From positions 17,970 through 81,969 of the forward strand of contig JBEKBM010000013.1 in NCBI GenBank assembly GCA_050015395.1: a DNA stretch of 64,000 nt, in the 5' to 3' direction. This DNA is from Candidatus Bathyarchaeia archaeon (GTDB taxonomy: Archaea; Thermoproteota; Bathyarchaeia; Bathyarchaeales; Bathycorpusculaceae). Both the position numbers and the translations under genes were made by a program. Under the pieces are notes generated by a model, which searched no databases, had not been told where the DNA came from, and saw only the letters and a program-made list of their open reading frames with translations. This document shows positions 28,089 through 38,519 of this stretch, one piece after another; within the stretch, counting starts at the first letter, position 1, and each line of letters opens with the position of its first letter.

Positions 28089-29633
28089 ATGGAGTTAATA
28101 GTTGAAGTCTTAAACATCACCACAGGCGGAAGCAGAATCGCCATTCTTAGTGAAGAAAGCGCCAACCTATTGGACGTGCATAGTTCAGACAGAATAAGAA
28201 TAACATGTGGCAACCAAGAAATGATTGCTATTGCAAATATAGCGGCGAATTTTCCCCAAAACCGCATTGGACTCTACGAGGAAAGTGCTCAAGCACTCGG
28301 GGTAAAGGAAGATGAAACTGTCAATGTGCAGTTGGCTCCGCTTCCTGAATCACTGTTTAACGTTAGGGCTAAACTGCATGGGGAACGTTTGCGAGAGAAA
28401 GACATCGTGACCATTGTAAAGGATGTTGTTGAGAGGCACTTGAGCACGGCTGAAATAGCCGCTTTCTTAACGGCGCTTAGCATTCACGGTTTAAGCATGA
28501 GCGAGAATGAGGCACTATCAAGGGCAATGGTAGCAACGGGAAAAACACTTAGCTTCGGCGAAGGACCAATACTAGATAAGCATAGCGTAGGCGGCATACC
28601 AGGCGACAAAACTTCAATGCTGGTCGTGCCAATTGTGGCGGCTGCAGGATTCACTATTCCCAAAACGTCTTCGCGGGCGATTACTTCGCCGGCTGGAACC
28701 GCAGACCGAGTGGAAACCCTCTGCCCCGTAAACCTATCCATCAACGAGATAAAGGAAGTTGTAGCGAAAACCAACGGGTGCTTAGTTTGGGGCGGCTCCT
28801 TGGAGCTTGCGCCAGCCGATGACCTTTTCATTCAAGTTGAATACCCCTTAGGAATTGACCCTATGCTTTTACCTTCCATTCTTAGCAAGAAAAAAGCCGT
28901 CGGAGCCACACACGTCGCCGTCGACATTCCAACAGGCATGGGCGCTAAAATAAAGACCAGAACCGAAGCGTACACTTTAGCTTCTGATTTTGTGGATTTG
29001 GGGAAACGTTTAGGCTTAAACATTCAATGTGCTTTAACTTTTGGAGATCAACCTTTAGGCTGCAGCATTGGACCTGCCCTTGAAGCTCGTGAAGCATTAA
29101 CGACTCTGATGGGCGGTGGCCCGCCTGACTTGAGAGATAAAGCTGTTAGTCTTGCAGGCATGCTTTTCGAGATGGTCGGAGTTGAAAACGGGTCAGCCAA
29201 AGCGGAGGATATGCTTGATTCTGGCAAAGCTGAAAAGAAGATGCGAGAGATCATTGCTGCTCAAGGTGGAAACCCAGCGGTTAAACCTGACGAGTTACCT
29301 GTCGGGGCTGAAATGGCTGAAGTGCGGTCACAACACACTGGCAAAGTCATATGGCTCAGTACAGAGGACATTGTGAGGATTGCACGTGAAGCTGGAGCAC
29401 CCAAAGAGAAGGGCGCCGGCATTGTGCTATATGCAAAACTTGGTGAAACTGTTCATAAAGACAGCGTCTTGTTTGAAGTGTATGCTGAGCGAAGCAGTAA
29501 GTTGGCTTCGGCGCTGGAGCTTGCTGGGCAATTGTCGCCTGTTGTGTTAACTAAGAAGCCTGCGGAAAAGATGATTTTGGATCAGGTGCCTGAGAAGCTT
29601 TCGCACGAGAAATCGTTCATGCTAGACCGATAG
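28089..29633 (+). CDS. deoA: AMP phosphorylase
   Basis: DKHSVGGIPGDKTS, PKTSSRAITSPAGTAD, LAPADD, SILSKK, IGPALEAR. Confidence 0.95.
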   Translation: MELIVEVLNITTGGSRIAILSEESANLLDVHSSDRIRITCGNQEMIAIANIAANFPQNRIGLYEESAQALGVKEDETVNVQLAPLPESLFNVRAKLHGERLREKDIVTIVKDVVERHLSTAEIAAFLTALSIHGLSMSENEALSRAMVATGKTLSFGEGPILDKHSVGGIPGDKTSMLVVPIVAAAGFTIPKTSSRAITSPAGTADRVETLCPVNLSINEIKEVVAKTNGCLVWGGSLELAPADDLFIQVEYPLGIDPMLLPSILSKKKAVGATHVAVDIPTGMGAKIKTRTEAYTLASDFVDLGKRLGLNIQCALTFGDQPLGCSIGPALEAREALTTLMGGGPPDLRDKAVSLAGMLFEMVGVENGSAKAEDMLDSGKAEKKMREIIAAQGGNPAVKPDELPVGAEMAEVRSQHTGKVIWLSTEDIVRIAREAGAPKEKGAGIVLYAKLGETVHKDSVLFEVYAERSSKLASALELAGQLSPVVLTKKPAEKMILDQVPEKLSHEKSFMLDR

Positions 29634-29677
29634 AAAACCATAAAAGTACCCCAAAACAACCCCAGATTTTACTGCTC

Positions 29678-29730
29678 CAGTGACGTATAACCATGAACAT
29701 GCGTGACTAGTAACCATGTAGATGCGTGAC
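29678..29730 (+). repeat. 53-bp element with 23-bp periodicity, copy 1
   Basis: gtgacgtataaccatgaacatgc / gtgactagtaaccatgtagatgc / gtgac; inverted copy at 39052..39104. Confidence 0.85.
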
Positions 29731-29907
29731 GCGTAAAACAAACCCAAAACAAGCCCTATTCAACAAAAGCAACCATAAACAAACGCTAAAGACACAAAAA
29801 AAATTAATTAACCTTACACAACCAACCATTTCCTAACCCCTCAAAAGCCCTTGTCCGTTGTACCTATCCTACGCCACCTTTATTTCAAAATAAAAAGAAA
29901 AATGTTT

Positions 29908-30272
29908 TTACCGTGTGATTGCTCCGCCTATCAAACCGCCGACAGCTGCAATTATACCTGCAAATATCGCTAGGATTATCGCTACTACGCCTATTGCTAA
30001 ACCATGTAAGCCGCCAAATAATGCGCCTGAAAGTCCACCGGTGAGTCCTCCAGTGATTGCGAGCTTTAAGAAGGCTAGGATTGCTATTATGATGCCGCCG
30101 AATATGCCTGCGAGAAAACCAGCGATTAATCCTTTGCCAACGCCTCGAGCTACGAGTCCAGCGATAAGCCGCCGATGAACCCGCCTACCAGGTGACCGAC
30201 TCCGGGAAAAAGAAAAGCAATAACCACCGTTACCAAGAATCCTACGAAGGCTCCTAACCACATGCTTCCCAA
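29908..30272 (-). pseudogene. DUF5518-like Gly-rich membrane protein with a 1-nt frameshift near 30168
   Basis: One frame gives MWLGAFVGFLVTVVIAFLFPGVGHLVGGFIGG, another continues LIAGLVARGVGKGLIAGFLAGIFGG; may be a sequencing error. Confidence 0.7.
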
Positions 30273-30522
30273 ATTTATCAGCACCATACGAGTTAATGCT
30301 AGCCTGAATGCCTATAAGTTTTAGCTAAAGAATATACTATGGCTGTTTAGATAATGCTTTGTTGTTCTATAGCGCGGCATTATAACACAATGATGGCTTA
30401 TGTTAGTGACTCACAACATTTTTTTAATCCCCTAACATACGTTAATTTTAAATGAGTGTTATTGTTAGTATTCCTTAAAAAATTGAAAAAGGGCAGTAAC
30501 GGTAGAGTTTCTGGGATTAACC

Positions 30523-31203
30523 ATGGGTTGTTCCATATTTGTATACTTGAAAAAAATATTCAGTTTATCATTAATCCTAAATTCTTTTATAACTCTAGCT
30601 GCCATTGTTGGAATCCTGTATGGTTTTTACCATGCTTGGCCCTGGTGGAAGCCTTACACGCCATACCTAATTAGCGGCAACCTCTTTTTAATGGCGGCAA
30701 TAGCTGCACTCATTAATATTTTCCCCAGCGCATGCATAGGACGAACCCTACACACTGGACGATTCTTGTTTCACCATTACGTTTACGGCTTTTTTGTTTT
30801 AATATTCTCTGCCATCTACGTAGTGGCATTTACATCCGTTTCTTTAGTAACTCTTTTTCTGGTGAACACTGGAAACATAGCGGTTAACGCTGGGCGATTT
30901 TTTGTCTTAACTGGGTTAACCTTATTCTTAGACGATCTTCCAGACGTTTCAAAAAGAGTTAAGTCTACTTTAAACAAGTTAAAGTCGCAAGCTTATCGGG
31001 TAAGAAAAGCCTTCCATGTGCTCCAGTTGATTACGGGTGTCGTTACGCTCTACATTTTTCTTGCCATTTTACTCTTTTCAATTGATCATTTAGAAGTAAA
31101 CATTGCCAACTTTCTCACTATGGGCACTTTGATAGTAACTAGCTTCACTTCTTTTGCTTGCGTAAAAAGAAAGTCATGGCTCAAAATCACACTTTCAAAA
31201 TGA
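30523..31203 (+). CDS. Hypothetical membrane protein
   Basis: About six TM helices; FHHYVYG and LFLDDLPD motifs. Confidence 0.75.
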   Translation: MGCSIFVYLKKIFSLSLILNSFITLAAIVGILYGFYHAWPWWKPYTPYLISGNLFLMAAIAALINIFPSACIGRTLHTGRFLFHHYVYGFFVLIFSAIYVVAFTSVSLVTLFLVNTGNIAVNAGRFFVLTGLTLFLDDLPDVSKRVKSTLNKLKSQAYRVRKAFHVLQLITGVVTLYIFLAILLFSIDHLEVNIANFLTMGTLIVTSFTSFACVKRKSWLKITLSK

Positions 31204-31210
31204 GCCAACA

Positions 31211-31927
31211 TTAGCTTTTTTGTCTAAGGATCTCTTTTCCCATAGCTTCAATTTGCTGACGGGAGAAGTTGTTTGGGCTTCTGTGCGTGGATATGTGGCT
31301 GGGCAGTTGAGGAAGTTTAAGGATTAAAACGGTGGGATCGTTTAAGTGGAGAGCTGCATGGTTGTTTGTAAAAACTACGATGCCTTCAACCCAAACACCT
31401 AGCGACCTAAAAGCCTGCGAAGAATCGATTATGCGTTTTATTTTGGCGGCATTCCTTTTGACTTGCCGACTTGGGCTGCCCTTAAAGTTACGCTTTCCAC
31501 CTCTTTGCCAAATATCACCATTGCAGGTTATGTCGCCGCTCCAGTTCTTGGCCTCCAAAACAAAGATGCCACTGGGCGCAAGAACGACATGGTCTATGTC
31601 GCCGCCGCCGTTATGCAGGTATAGGTCGTTTATGAGGAAATAGTCATCGCTAAGCTTGCTGCTTAGAAGTTTCGCTACCTGTTTTTCGCCTGCCCAACCA
31701 GCATTGTAAATTCGGTACTTGCGCAGGTAAAAGTAAAACGCGGCTAACGGCACCAGCGAAACCAACAGTCCAGCCTCCTCAAAAATGCTCAAGCTCAGAG
31801 TGAAGAGCAATCTTAAGCTTAAAGCGAAAAAGATTAAGAAAAATAAGGCTATGCAGAGAAGCGCTTTTGCCAGGTTTTTTCTGACTTGGTTCTTCAGGTA
31901 GCTGCTTGACCCTTTCATCTTTCTCAT
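31211..31927 (-). CDS. NERD domain nuclease-like protein with TM anchor
   Basis: GWAGEKQV, GDIDHVVLAPSGIFVLEAKNW, SPSRQ. Confidence 0.9.
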   Translation of the reverse strand: MRKMKGSSSYLKNQVRKNLAKALLCIALFFLIFFALSLRLLFTLSLSIFEEAGLLVSLVPLAAFYFYLRKYRIYNAGWAGEKQVAKLLSSKLSDDYFLINDLYLHNGGGDIDHVVLAPSGIFVLEAKNWSGDITCNGDIWQRGGKRNFKGSPSRQVKRNAAKIKRIIDSSQAFRSLGVWVEGIVVFTNNHAALHLNDPTVLILKLPQLPSHISTHRSPNNFSRQQIEAMGKEILRQKS

Positions 31928-32130
31928 GCATTAACCGCTCTAGGCAGGTTTCATTCGTTTTGAAGCTATATTACTCTATGGCAAAGTAACTCATAATTAT
32001 CTAGAATATTCAAGCACAAATTTCAGCCTATTCCGCACTTTCGGGCATTTGCAGATTAAAAAACAAAAAGAATTGATTCTTTAAATAAAGGGAGTAAAGT
32101 CTCAAAGAGACTAAACCTGCTTCAGCAAAG

Positions 32131-33555
32131 TTATTTCTTGTTTATGAGGTATTCATGCATTGCTTTTGCTGCGCGTTTGCCTGCGCCCATTGCGCTGATG
32201 ACTGTTGCTGCGCCAGTGGCGACGTCTCCGCCTGCGTAAACTCCGTCTAAGCTGGTTTTGCCTACTTCGTTAACGCATATTGTTCCATGTCTCGGGTCGC
32301 TTTGTAAGCCATCTGTTGTTCGTTGTATGATTGGGTTTGGTGTTTGACCGATTGCAACAATTACAGTGTCAACGTCCATCATAAACTCGGAGCCTGGAAC
32401 TTCTTTTACTCCACGCCTGCCTTTCGCGTCAGGTTCAGTGAGTTCCATTGCGATGCATTTCATGGCTTTAACCCAGCCTTTATCGTCACCGTAAAACTCG
32501 ACTGGTGCACCAAGAAACTTGCAGACCAAGCCTTCTTCTTCCGCGTTCTCGACTTCTTCATGTCTTGCAGGCAACTCAGCACGTGAACGCCTATAGAGTA
32601 AGCATACTTCAGAGCCAAGACGCATACTGCTTCTGGCACAGTCCATGGCAACGTTTCCGCCGCCGATTACGATTACGTGTTTGCCTATGCGTATTGGAGT
32701 ATCATAGTCTGGGAATTGGAATGCTTTCATTAGGTTAACGCGTATAAGGAACTCGTTAGCTGAGTAGATTCCGCCAAGGTTTTCTCCTGGGCAACCACTG
32801 AACTGTGGCAAGCCTGCGCCGCTACCGATGAATACTGCGTCATAACCATTCTTCATGAGCTCTGGAATAGTGTGAATCCTTCCAACCAAGTTGCCAAGGC
32901 GCAAGTCGACACCCAGTTTCTGAATGTAAGCAACCTCATTTTGCACGATTGCCTTTGGCAAACGGAACTCTGGAATACCATACGACAGCACTCCACCACC
33001 AACATGCAACGCTTCAAACATTGTAACATCGTGACCAAGCTTAACAAGGTCAGCAGCAGCCGTCAATCCAGCTGGACCAGCACCGACAATAGCTACTTTC
33101 TTTCCTGTTGGTGCAGTTTTCTGCGGAATTTGAGAACCGTTGTCACGTTCCCAATCTGCAAGAAAACGCTCAAGTCGTCCGATGCTGATTGGATCACCCA
33201 TCTTGCCGACTACGCATTTGGCTTGGCATTGCACTTCTTGAGGACAAACCCTTCCGCAAACAGCTGGCAACGCATTCTTCGCCTTTATCAATGCTATGCC
33301 TTCACCGTATTTCTTTTCTTTAAGCAGTTTTATGAATACTGGAATAGGAACTTCCACTGGGCAACCAGTAATACATTGAGGTTTTGGACACTGCAGACAT
33401 CGGCTTGCTTCTTCTTGTGCTTCTGCCTCAGTGTAACCTAAAGCAACTTCACTGAAGTTTTTAGCGCGTACTTTAGGCTCTTGCTTAGCCATTTCAACGG
33501 CTTTCTTGTTTAATTTTGGTTTAGGCTTAACTTCCGCCACACTTACAACCTCCAC
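32131..33555 (-). CDS. NfnB/SudA (GltD-like) large subunit of NADH-dependent ferredoxin:NADP+ oxidoreductase
   Basis: EASRCLQC, CPV, CGRVCPQE, GAGPAG, GGGNVAMD, GGDVATGAATV. Confidence 0.92.
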   Translation of the reverse strand: MEVVSVAEVKPKPKLNKKAVEMAKQEPKVRAKNFSEVALGYTEAEAQEEASRCLQCPKPQCITGCPVEVPIPVFIKLLKEKKYGEGIALIKAKNALPAVCGRVCPQEVQCQAKCVVGKMGDPISIGRLERFLADWERDNGSQIPQKTAPTGKKVAIVGAGPAGLTAAADLVKLGHDVTMFEALHVGGGVLSYGIPEFRLPKAIVQNEVAYIQKLGVDLRLGNLVGRIHTIPELMKNGYDAVFIGSGAGLPQFSGCPGENLGGIYSANEFLIRVNLMKAFQFPDYDTPIRIGKHVIVIGGGNVAMDCARSSMRLGSEVCLLYRRSRAELPARHEEVENAEEEGLVCKFLGAPVEFYGDDKGWVKAMKCIAMELTEPDAKGRRGVKEVPGSEFMMDVDTVIVAIGQTPNPIIQRTTDGLQSDPRHGTICVNEVGKTSLDGVYAGGDVATGAATVISAMGAGKRAAKAMHEYLINKK

Positions 33556-34366
33556 GCATTTCCCACAACACTGAACTTAACCTTTCTTCAGGCAACATCG
33601 TACGCTGACGCAAAATCAACTGGTCAAAATCAACCTGGTGACCATCAAATTCTGGTCCATCAATACAGCCAAATCGCATTTTGCCGCCAACTGTTACACG
33701 GCATACACCGCACATGCCCATGCCATCAATCATTATAGGCGTTAAAGTTACAACTGTTGGTATGCCATAAGGCTTGGTGATTTCGCTAACATCTTTCATT
33801 AGGATTACTGGACCCATAACTACACAACGGTCAAACTTTTCCGTCTTTAACAAATCTTTGAGAAAATCTAAGCCTGTATAGCCTTTTGAACCGTCATCCG
33901 TTGCAATGTAAACCTTATCGCTCATGGCTTTAGCTTCATCCTCCATCATTATGAACTCCTTTGTCCTAGCGCCAAGAATTGTGGTTACGTTGTTGCCTGC
34001 TGCTTTCATGGCTTTAACCTGCAACAGCAACGGCGCAATCATCACGCTTCCGCCAACACAAAGGACTTTACCGTAATTTTTAATTTCAGAAGGATTGCCC
34101 AGTGGACCAGTAACGTTGTCGATGCATTCGCCTTGGTTTAGTAAGCCAAGTGCTTTTGTGGTTTTGCCGACTTCATGGAAAGCAAACGATACCGTTCCTT
34201 TCGCTGTGTCGTATTCGCATATTGTCAGGGGTATTCGTTCGCCTGCTTTGCCGTTTATGACTATTACGAATTGTCCAACTTGCGATTTAGCTGCAATATC
34301 TGGAGCTTCAACTTCGAACAATTTTATTTTTGGAACTAGCTCTTTTTTAGTTACTATTTTGTACGT
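33527..34366 (-). CDS. NfnA/SudB (PyrK-like) small subunit
   Basis: GERIPLTI, GPLGNP, DDGS, IMIDGMGMCGVCRV, CIDGPEFD. The conserved N-terminus YKIVTKKEL lies upstream of the first TTG (34321) and begins at an ACG codon (34366). Confidence 0.9.
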   Translation of the reverse strand, partial: TYKIVTKKELVPKIKLFEVEAPDIAAKSQVGQFVIVINGKAGERIPLTICEYDTAKGTVSFAFHEVGKTTKALGLLNQGECIDNVTGPLGNPSEIKNYGKVLCVGGSVMIAPLLLQVKAMKAAGNNVTTILGARTKEFIMMEDEAKAMSDKVYIATDDGSKGYTGLDFLKDLLKTEKFDRCVVMGPVILMKDVSEITKPYGIPTVVTLTPIMIDGMGMCGVCRVTVGGKMRFGCIDGPEFDGHQVDFDQLILRQRTMLPEERLSSVLWEMRGGCKCGGS

Positions 34367-35580
34367 TTTGCTTTCGCCTCCACAGTTATTTCACGTTTGG
34401 GTAACGCTGAAATCTTTTTGTAAAAAGCATCCAGTTTCACATTGAAGTCGCCAGCACATCTGGGTGACTCCTCATAAAGCTCGAATCGGTCAAGCAGATT
34501 GTTCTTTTTCAACACGTTCAATAATACGCCCAAGTTACGCTCTGCGGTGTCTCTGCCTTCTTGAAGCTTGCAATCTTGTGCTGAGCAGATCACGCCCATT
34601 ACACCGTCGAAACCGCAGTTTAACGCATTGACAACGTGTACTGGGTCTAAAGATTTGAAGCATGGAACTTCAAGAGCTAACACGTTTTTGCCTGCAAACG
34701 CGCTGTTAGGGTTGTCTAAAGCTGAGAATTCTGACCATTGGCAGACAAATGCGAGAACTGCTGGACCTTGGTTTTTAGCTTTCAACTGTGCAACCGAATT
34801 TCCATAACGGTTTACCACGTTTTCAAACTCGAAGCCTTTCACCTGGATAGCGTGATGCGGACAAACCAGTTGGCATGCACCACAGCCAACACATTTTTCC
34901 TCGTTTACTTTTGGAGTAGCAAACGATTCAAACTCAAGCGCTTTATACGGGCAGATGAAGATGCATTTGTCACAGCCCACGCATTCTTGAACATCATAAA
35001 CTGCTTTGCGGGAGAACTTTACTATTCTAACGGTATTCTCATCGTAGCCTAATTGTTTGAGGACGTTTCTGGCTAAAACGAGTCTTCGAGTGTTTATTTT
35101 TGTGCCTTCTTTATAGCGGCAGAATGGATCTTCACATTGAACAGAAACAATGTTTTTTACGCCTGAATTCAGCGTATCAAAAATAAAGTCAGTTGGAACT
35201 CTGCCTGAACATGGCAAACGCAACGCAATATAATTTTCAACCTTTAATCCCTGCTCTTTAAGGATGTCTTGAACTTCCCCTGTTGAAGGCGAGTTTCCTC
35301 GACACATTAAAACAAGCGTGTCAGCGCCATTCTTGGCTTTTGCACTTGCCTGTTTAACATAGTTTGAGAGATTATCGTAAGTGTAATATTGCATTTTAAT
35401 GGCTGAAGACGGGCAAGCACTATAGCATATACCGCAAACTTGGCAGTCTTGACTGTTAACTTCAACTTTTCCAGTTGAGTCGCGTTTTATTGCTTCATAA
35501 GGGCATATTGAGTGGCAAACGCAACATCGGCTGCATAAGTCTTGGTCGATTTCTACTACAGCGAGACATTTTTCACTCAT
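34354..35580 (-). CDS. Fusion of two [2x4Fe-4S ferredoxin + MvhD/FlpD-like] modules
   Basis: Four CxxCxxCxxxC motifs; RLPCSGRV...QCEDPFCRYKEG and FVCQWS...EVPCFKSLD...GFDGV...C...CKLQEG. Confidence 0.85.
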   Translation of the reverse strand: MSEKCLAVVEIDQDLCSRCCVCHSICPYEAIKRDSTGKVEVNSQDCQVCGICYSACPSSAIKMQYYTYDNLSNYVKQASAKAKNGADTLVLMCRGNSPSTGEVQDILKEQGLKVENYIALRLPCSGRVPTDFIFDTLNSGVKNIVSVQCEDPFCRYKEGTKINTRRLVLARNVLKQLGYDENTVRIVKFSRKAVYDVQECVGCDKCIFICPYKALEFESFATPKVNEEKCVGCGACQLVCPHHAIQVKGFEFENVVNRYGNSVAQLKAKNQGPAVLAFVCQWSEFSALDNPNSAFAGKNVLALEVPCFKSLDPVHVVNALNCGFDGVMGVICSAQDCKLQEGRDTAERNLGVLLNVLKKNNLLDRFELYEESPRCAGDFNVKLDAFYKKISALPKREITVEAKAKRTK

Positions 35581-35695
35581 TCTGAAACCTCTTTTCATAC
35601 ACCGCTGCTACTTTAAACTGTAAGCATGTTAACATGCTAGCTTAAAGCGTATTAAAGGCATGAAAAGCGTTTTAGAATGATATAATCCTTTCTCT

Positions 35696-36637
35696 CTACG
35701 TTCTATAATATGGTTGTCTGATGAAGCTATAAGCTTCAAGGGCTGCAGTGATGCCTTGACCGACAGCTGTCCCAACCTGCTTAATCGGCTGATCTGTAAC
35801 GTCGCCTGCAGCGAATACTCCTGATAGATTTGTGTGTTGGCACATGTTAACTTTGATGTATCCATGCTCATCTGTTTCTATTCCGGCAGCTTTGGCTAGT
35901 TGGCTGTTTGGTGCTTCGCCGACTTGCACGAAAACCGCGTCAACTGCTAGTTCGCTTGTTTTTTCTGTCGTGTTATCGATTAAGGTGACTGCTTTGACTT
36001 GTTTGTCCCCTTTGATTTCTTGAACTTCAGTGTTCCATAGTATGGTTACGTTATTCTTTGATGCTATGTCAGTCACTAAAGATTCTTCCGCTCTGAAAGC
36101 TTTTTTCCTGTGAGTTACGATGACTTGCGAAGCTATGCCTGAAAGGTAAAGCGTAGTGATGCAGGCTGAATTTCCGCCGCCAATAACAAGTACTCGCTTG
36201 CCTTTGAAAAATGGTCCATCACACACGCCACAGTAACTTACACCTTTGCCGCGGAATTCTCTTTCACCTTTGACGCCGACTTCTTTATAGTGTGAACCTG
36301 TGGAAAATATTACTGCCTTAGCTTCATAAGACGCTTTTGAAGTTTTAACAATTTTCTTTTCACCCATAAGCTCTAATTCAATAACAGGCTCCAAATCGTG
36401 AATGATTGCGCCAACCTTTCTGCAATGAGAAGTCATTTTTTCAGCAAGTTCCCCACCGCTAATCTCCGCAAATCCTGGATAATTCACCACTGTTGAGGCA
36501 TCAGAGATTGTTCCACCAGCCAGCTTTTCTTCTAAAATTAGAGTTTTTAGTCCGCTTCGAACAGTGTAAATTCCAGCTGCCAATCCAGCGGAACCAGCAC
36601 CGATTATTATTACGTCCCAATTCTCCATAATGCTCAT
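35696..36637 (-). CDS. trxB: Thioredoxin reductase
   Basis: GAGSAG, GVSYCGVCDG, GGGNSA, GVFAAGDVT. Confidence 0.93.
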   Translation of the reverse strand: MSIMENWDVIIIGAGSAGLAAGIYTVRSGLKTLILEEKLAGGTISDASTVVNYPGFAEISGGELAEKMTSHCRKVGAIIHDLEPVIELELMGEKKIVKTSKASYEAKAVIFSTGSHYKEVGVKGEREFRGKGVSYCGVCDGPFFKGKRVLVIGGGNSACITTLYLSGIASQVIVTHRKKAFRAEESLVTDIASKNNVTILWNTEVQEIKGDKQVKAVTLIDNTTEKTSELAVDAVFVQVGEAPNSQLAKAAGIETDEHGYIKVNMCQHTNLSGVFAAGDVTDQPIKQVGTAVGQGITAALEAYSFIRQPYYRT

Positions 36638-36757
36638 CTTCTATGTGAATAGTGGATTTTGGCAGTTTATGAATTGTTCGGATTGTTTTTGGTTAATTCC
36701 AATAGGCTGATAAGGGCGAATCAATTTAATTCTAATAGACATTTTTGAGGGCTAGTT

Positions 36758-38518
36758 ATGGCAAAATACAGGTGCACAGTTTGCAATTACATTTATGACG
36801 AAGCAAAAGAAAAAAAGAAGTTTAGTGATTTGCCTAAAGAATGGGTTTGCCCAGTTTGCGGGGCTCCTAAATCGGCTTTTGTGTTGTTAGCTGAGCAAGT
36901 GGAAGAGAAAAAGGCAGAGCACACAGTTTCAGAAGTTCTAATAAACCAAATCGCTGAGTGGGGTGTCCAATACGTTTTTGGTATTCCAGGCACTTCAACG
37001 TTAGGTGTTGTGGATGCTATACGTAAGAGCAACGGTAAAGTCAAGTACATTCAGGTTCGGCATGAGCAGACCGCAGCGTTCATGGCTTCAGCCTATGGAA
37101 AACTCACTGGACACGTTGCGGCTTGTCTGGGGATTTCTGGTCCAGGCGCAACTAATTTAGCTACTGGCTTGTATGATGCGAAGTTAGATCATGCGCCAGT
37201 TTTAGCGTTGACCGGTTTGGTAGCTAGGCAACTGATAGGCCCAGGCTCAACTCAAGAGATTGATCAGGCCGCCTTTTTTGAGCCAATTTGCGTTTTTAAC
37301 AAGATTTTGATGTCTGAAGACCAAACTACTACGCTGGCTACGTTGGCGATTAAGCATGCACTTTTGGATCAGGGTGTTTCGCATATTGGGATTCCTAATG
37401 ACGTGCAGAAGCTGCCTTATGAAGCGGAGGTTTTGCCGTTTGACGGCAGAATGCCTAATCTTGCCTATGGACAGGAAGAATGGGTGATTGAAAAGGCAGC
37501 AAAGGTTGTTGACCAAGCGGTTAGACCCGTGATTCTTGCGGGTTTTGGCGCTCGAGGTCAAGGCAATAAGCTGTTAAAGTTGGCATCGAAGATTTCTGCG
37601 CCGATTATGGCAACTTTCAGGGCTAAAGGCGTTGTTGATGAGCATGAATCTTTGTATGTTGGTTGTCATGGTGGTATTGGTTCGACTGCTGCAGGAGAGC
37701 TTATGCAAAAAGCGGATTTGCTCATAGCTATCGGTTCTTCGTTTTCTGATCTATCGCAGATTCCACAGAAGAAGACTGTGCAGATTGATATTAATCCGCT
37801 CATGATTGCACGCAGGTATCCTGTTGAGGCAGGGTTGCTTGGCAACAGTGCAGTACTTATTCCCAAGTTGACCGAGAAAGTTCAGGAGAAACAGAACGTT
37901 GACTATTTGGCTGAGATTGTAAGGTTAAAGCAGGAATGGCTAAACCAGCTGGAAAAAGAAGCCGACCCTAATATGAAGCCGATTAGACCCCAATACATAA
38001 TCAAAGTTTTGAACGAGAAAATCGCCGATGACGCAGTGATTTCTTTGGACGTTGGTGAAAACTGCTGGTGGTTTGGCAGGGACTTTATGATGCGCAAGTC
38101 TCAGAAGATGGTGATGAGCGGCACTTTGGCTACGATGGGGTTTGGTTTGCCAGGCGCTATGGCTGCAGCGTTGGCTTATCCAGACAGGCAGATTGTTTGT
38201 TTGACTGGTGATGGCGGCTTAACGATGGTTATGGGCGATTTTTTAACCGCTTTGAAGTATAAGTTGCCGGTTAAAGTTTTTGTCATGAATAATAAACAGT
38301 TGGGGATGATTATGCAGGAGCAGAAGGTTGAGGGTTTCGAGAGCTGGCAAACTGATTTGTACGATTTTAGTTTTGCTGATTTTGCTGAGCATTCAGGCGG
38401 CATGGGCATTAAGGTTACTGAACCAAACGAGCTTGAAGCAGCCGTTGACAAAGCGCTTTCATCTTCTAAGCCAGCGATAGTGGATATCGATACTGATCCA
38501 AGGAGATTTTTAGTGTAA
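36758..38518 (+). CDS. Rubredoxin fused to a pyruvate-oxidase-like thiamine-diphosphate enzyme
   Basis: N-terminal CTVCNYIYD...[10 protein letters not shown], then [17 protein letters not shown]...NN TPP motif. Confidence 0.9.
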   Translation: MAKYRCTVCNYIYDEAKEKKKFSDLPKEWVCPVCGAPKSAFVLLAEQVEEKKAEHTVSEVLINQIAEWGVQYVFGIPGTSTLGVVDAIRKSNGKVKYIQVRHEQTAAFMASAYGKLTGHVAACLGISGPGATNLATGLYDAKLDHAPVLALTGLVARQLIGPGSTQEIDQAAFFEPICVFNKILMSEDQTTTLATLAIKHALLDQGVSHIGIPNDVQKLPYEAEVLPFDGRMPNLAYGQEEWVIEKAAKVVDQAVRPVILAGFGARGQGNKLLKLASKISAPIMATFRAKGVVDEHESLYVGCHGGIGSTAAGELMQKADLLIAIGSSFSDLSQIPQKKTVQIDINPLMIARRYPVEAGLLGNSAVLIPKLTEKVQEKQNVDYLAEIVRLKQEWLNQLEKEADPNMKPIRPQYIIKVLNEKIADDAVISLDVGENCWWFGRDFMMRKSQKMVMSGTLATMGFGLPGAMAAALAYPDRQIVCLTGDGGLTMVMGDFLTALKYKLPVKVFVMNNKQLGMIMQEQKVEGFESWQTDLYDFSFADFAEHSGGMGIKVTEPNELEAAVDKALSSSKPAIVDIDTDPRRFLV

Positions 38519-38519
38519 G

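Noticed and set aside
29678-29730. Possible CRISPR mini-array
   Set aside because: The units are contiguous 23-mers without unique spacers, and there are no cas genes in the window.
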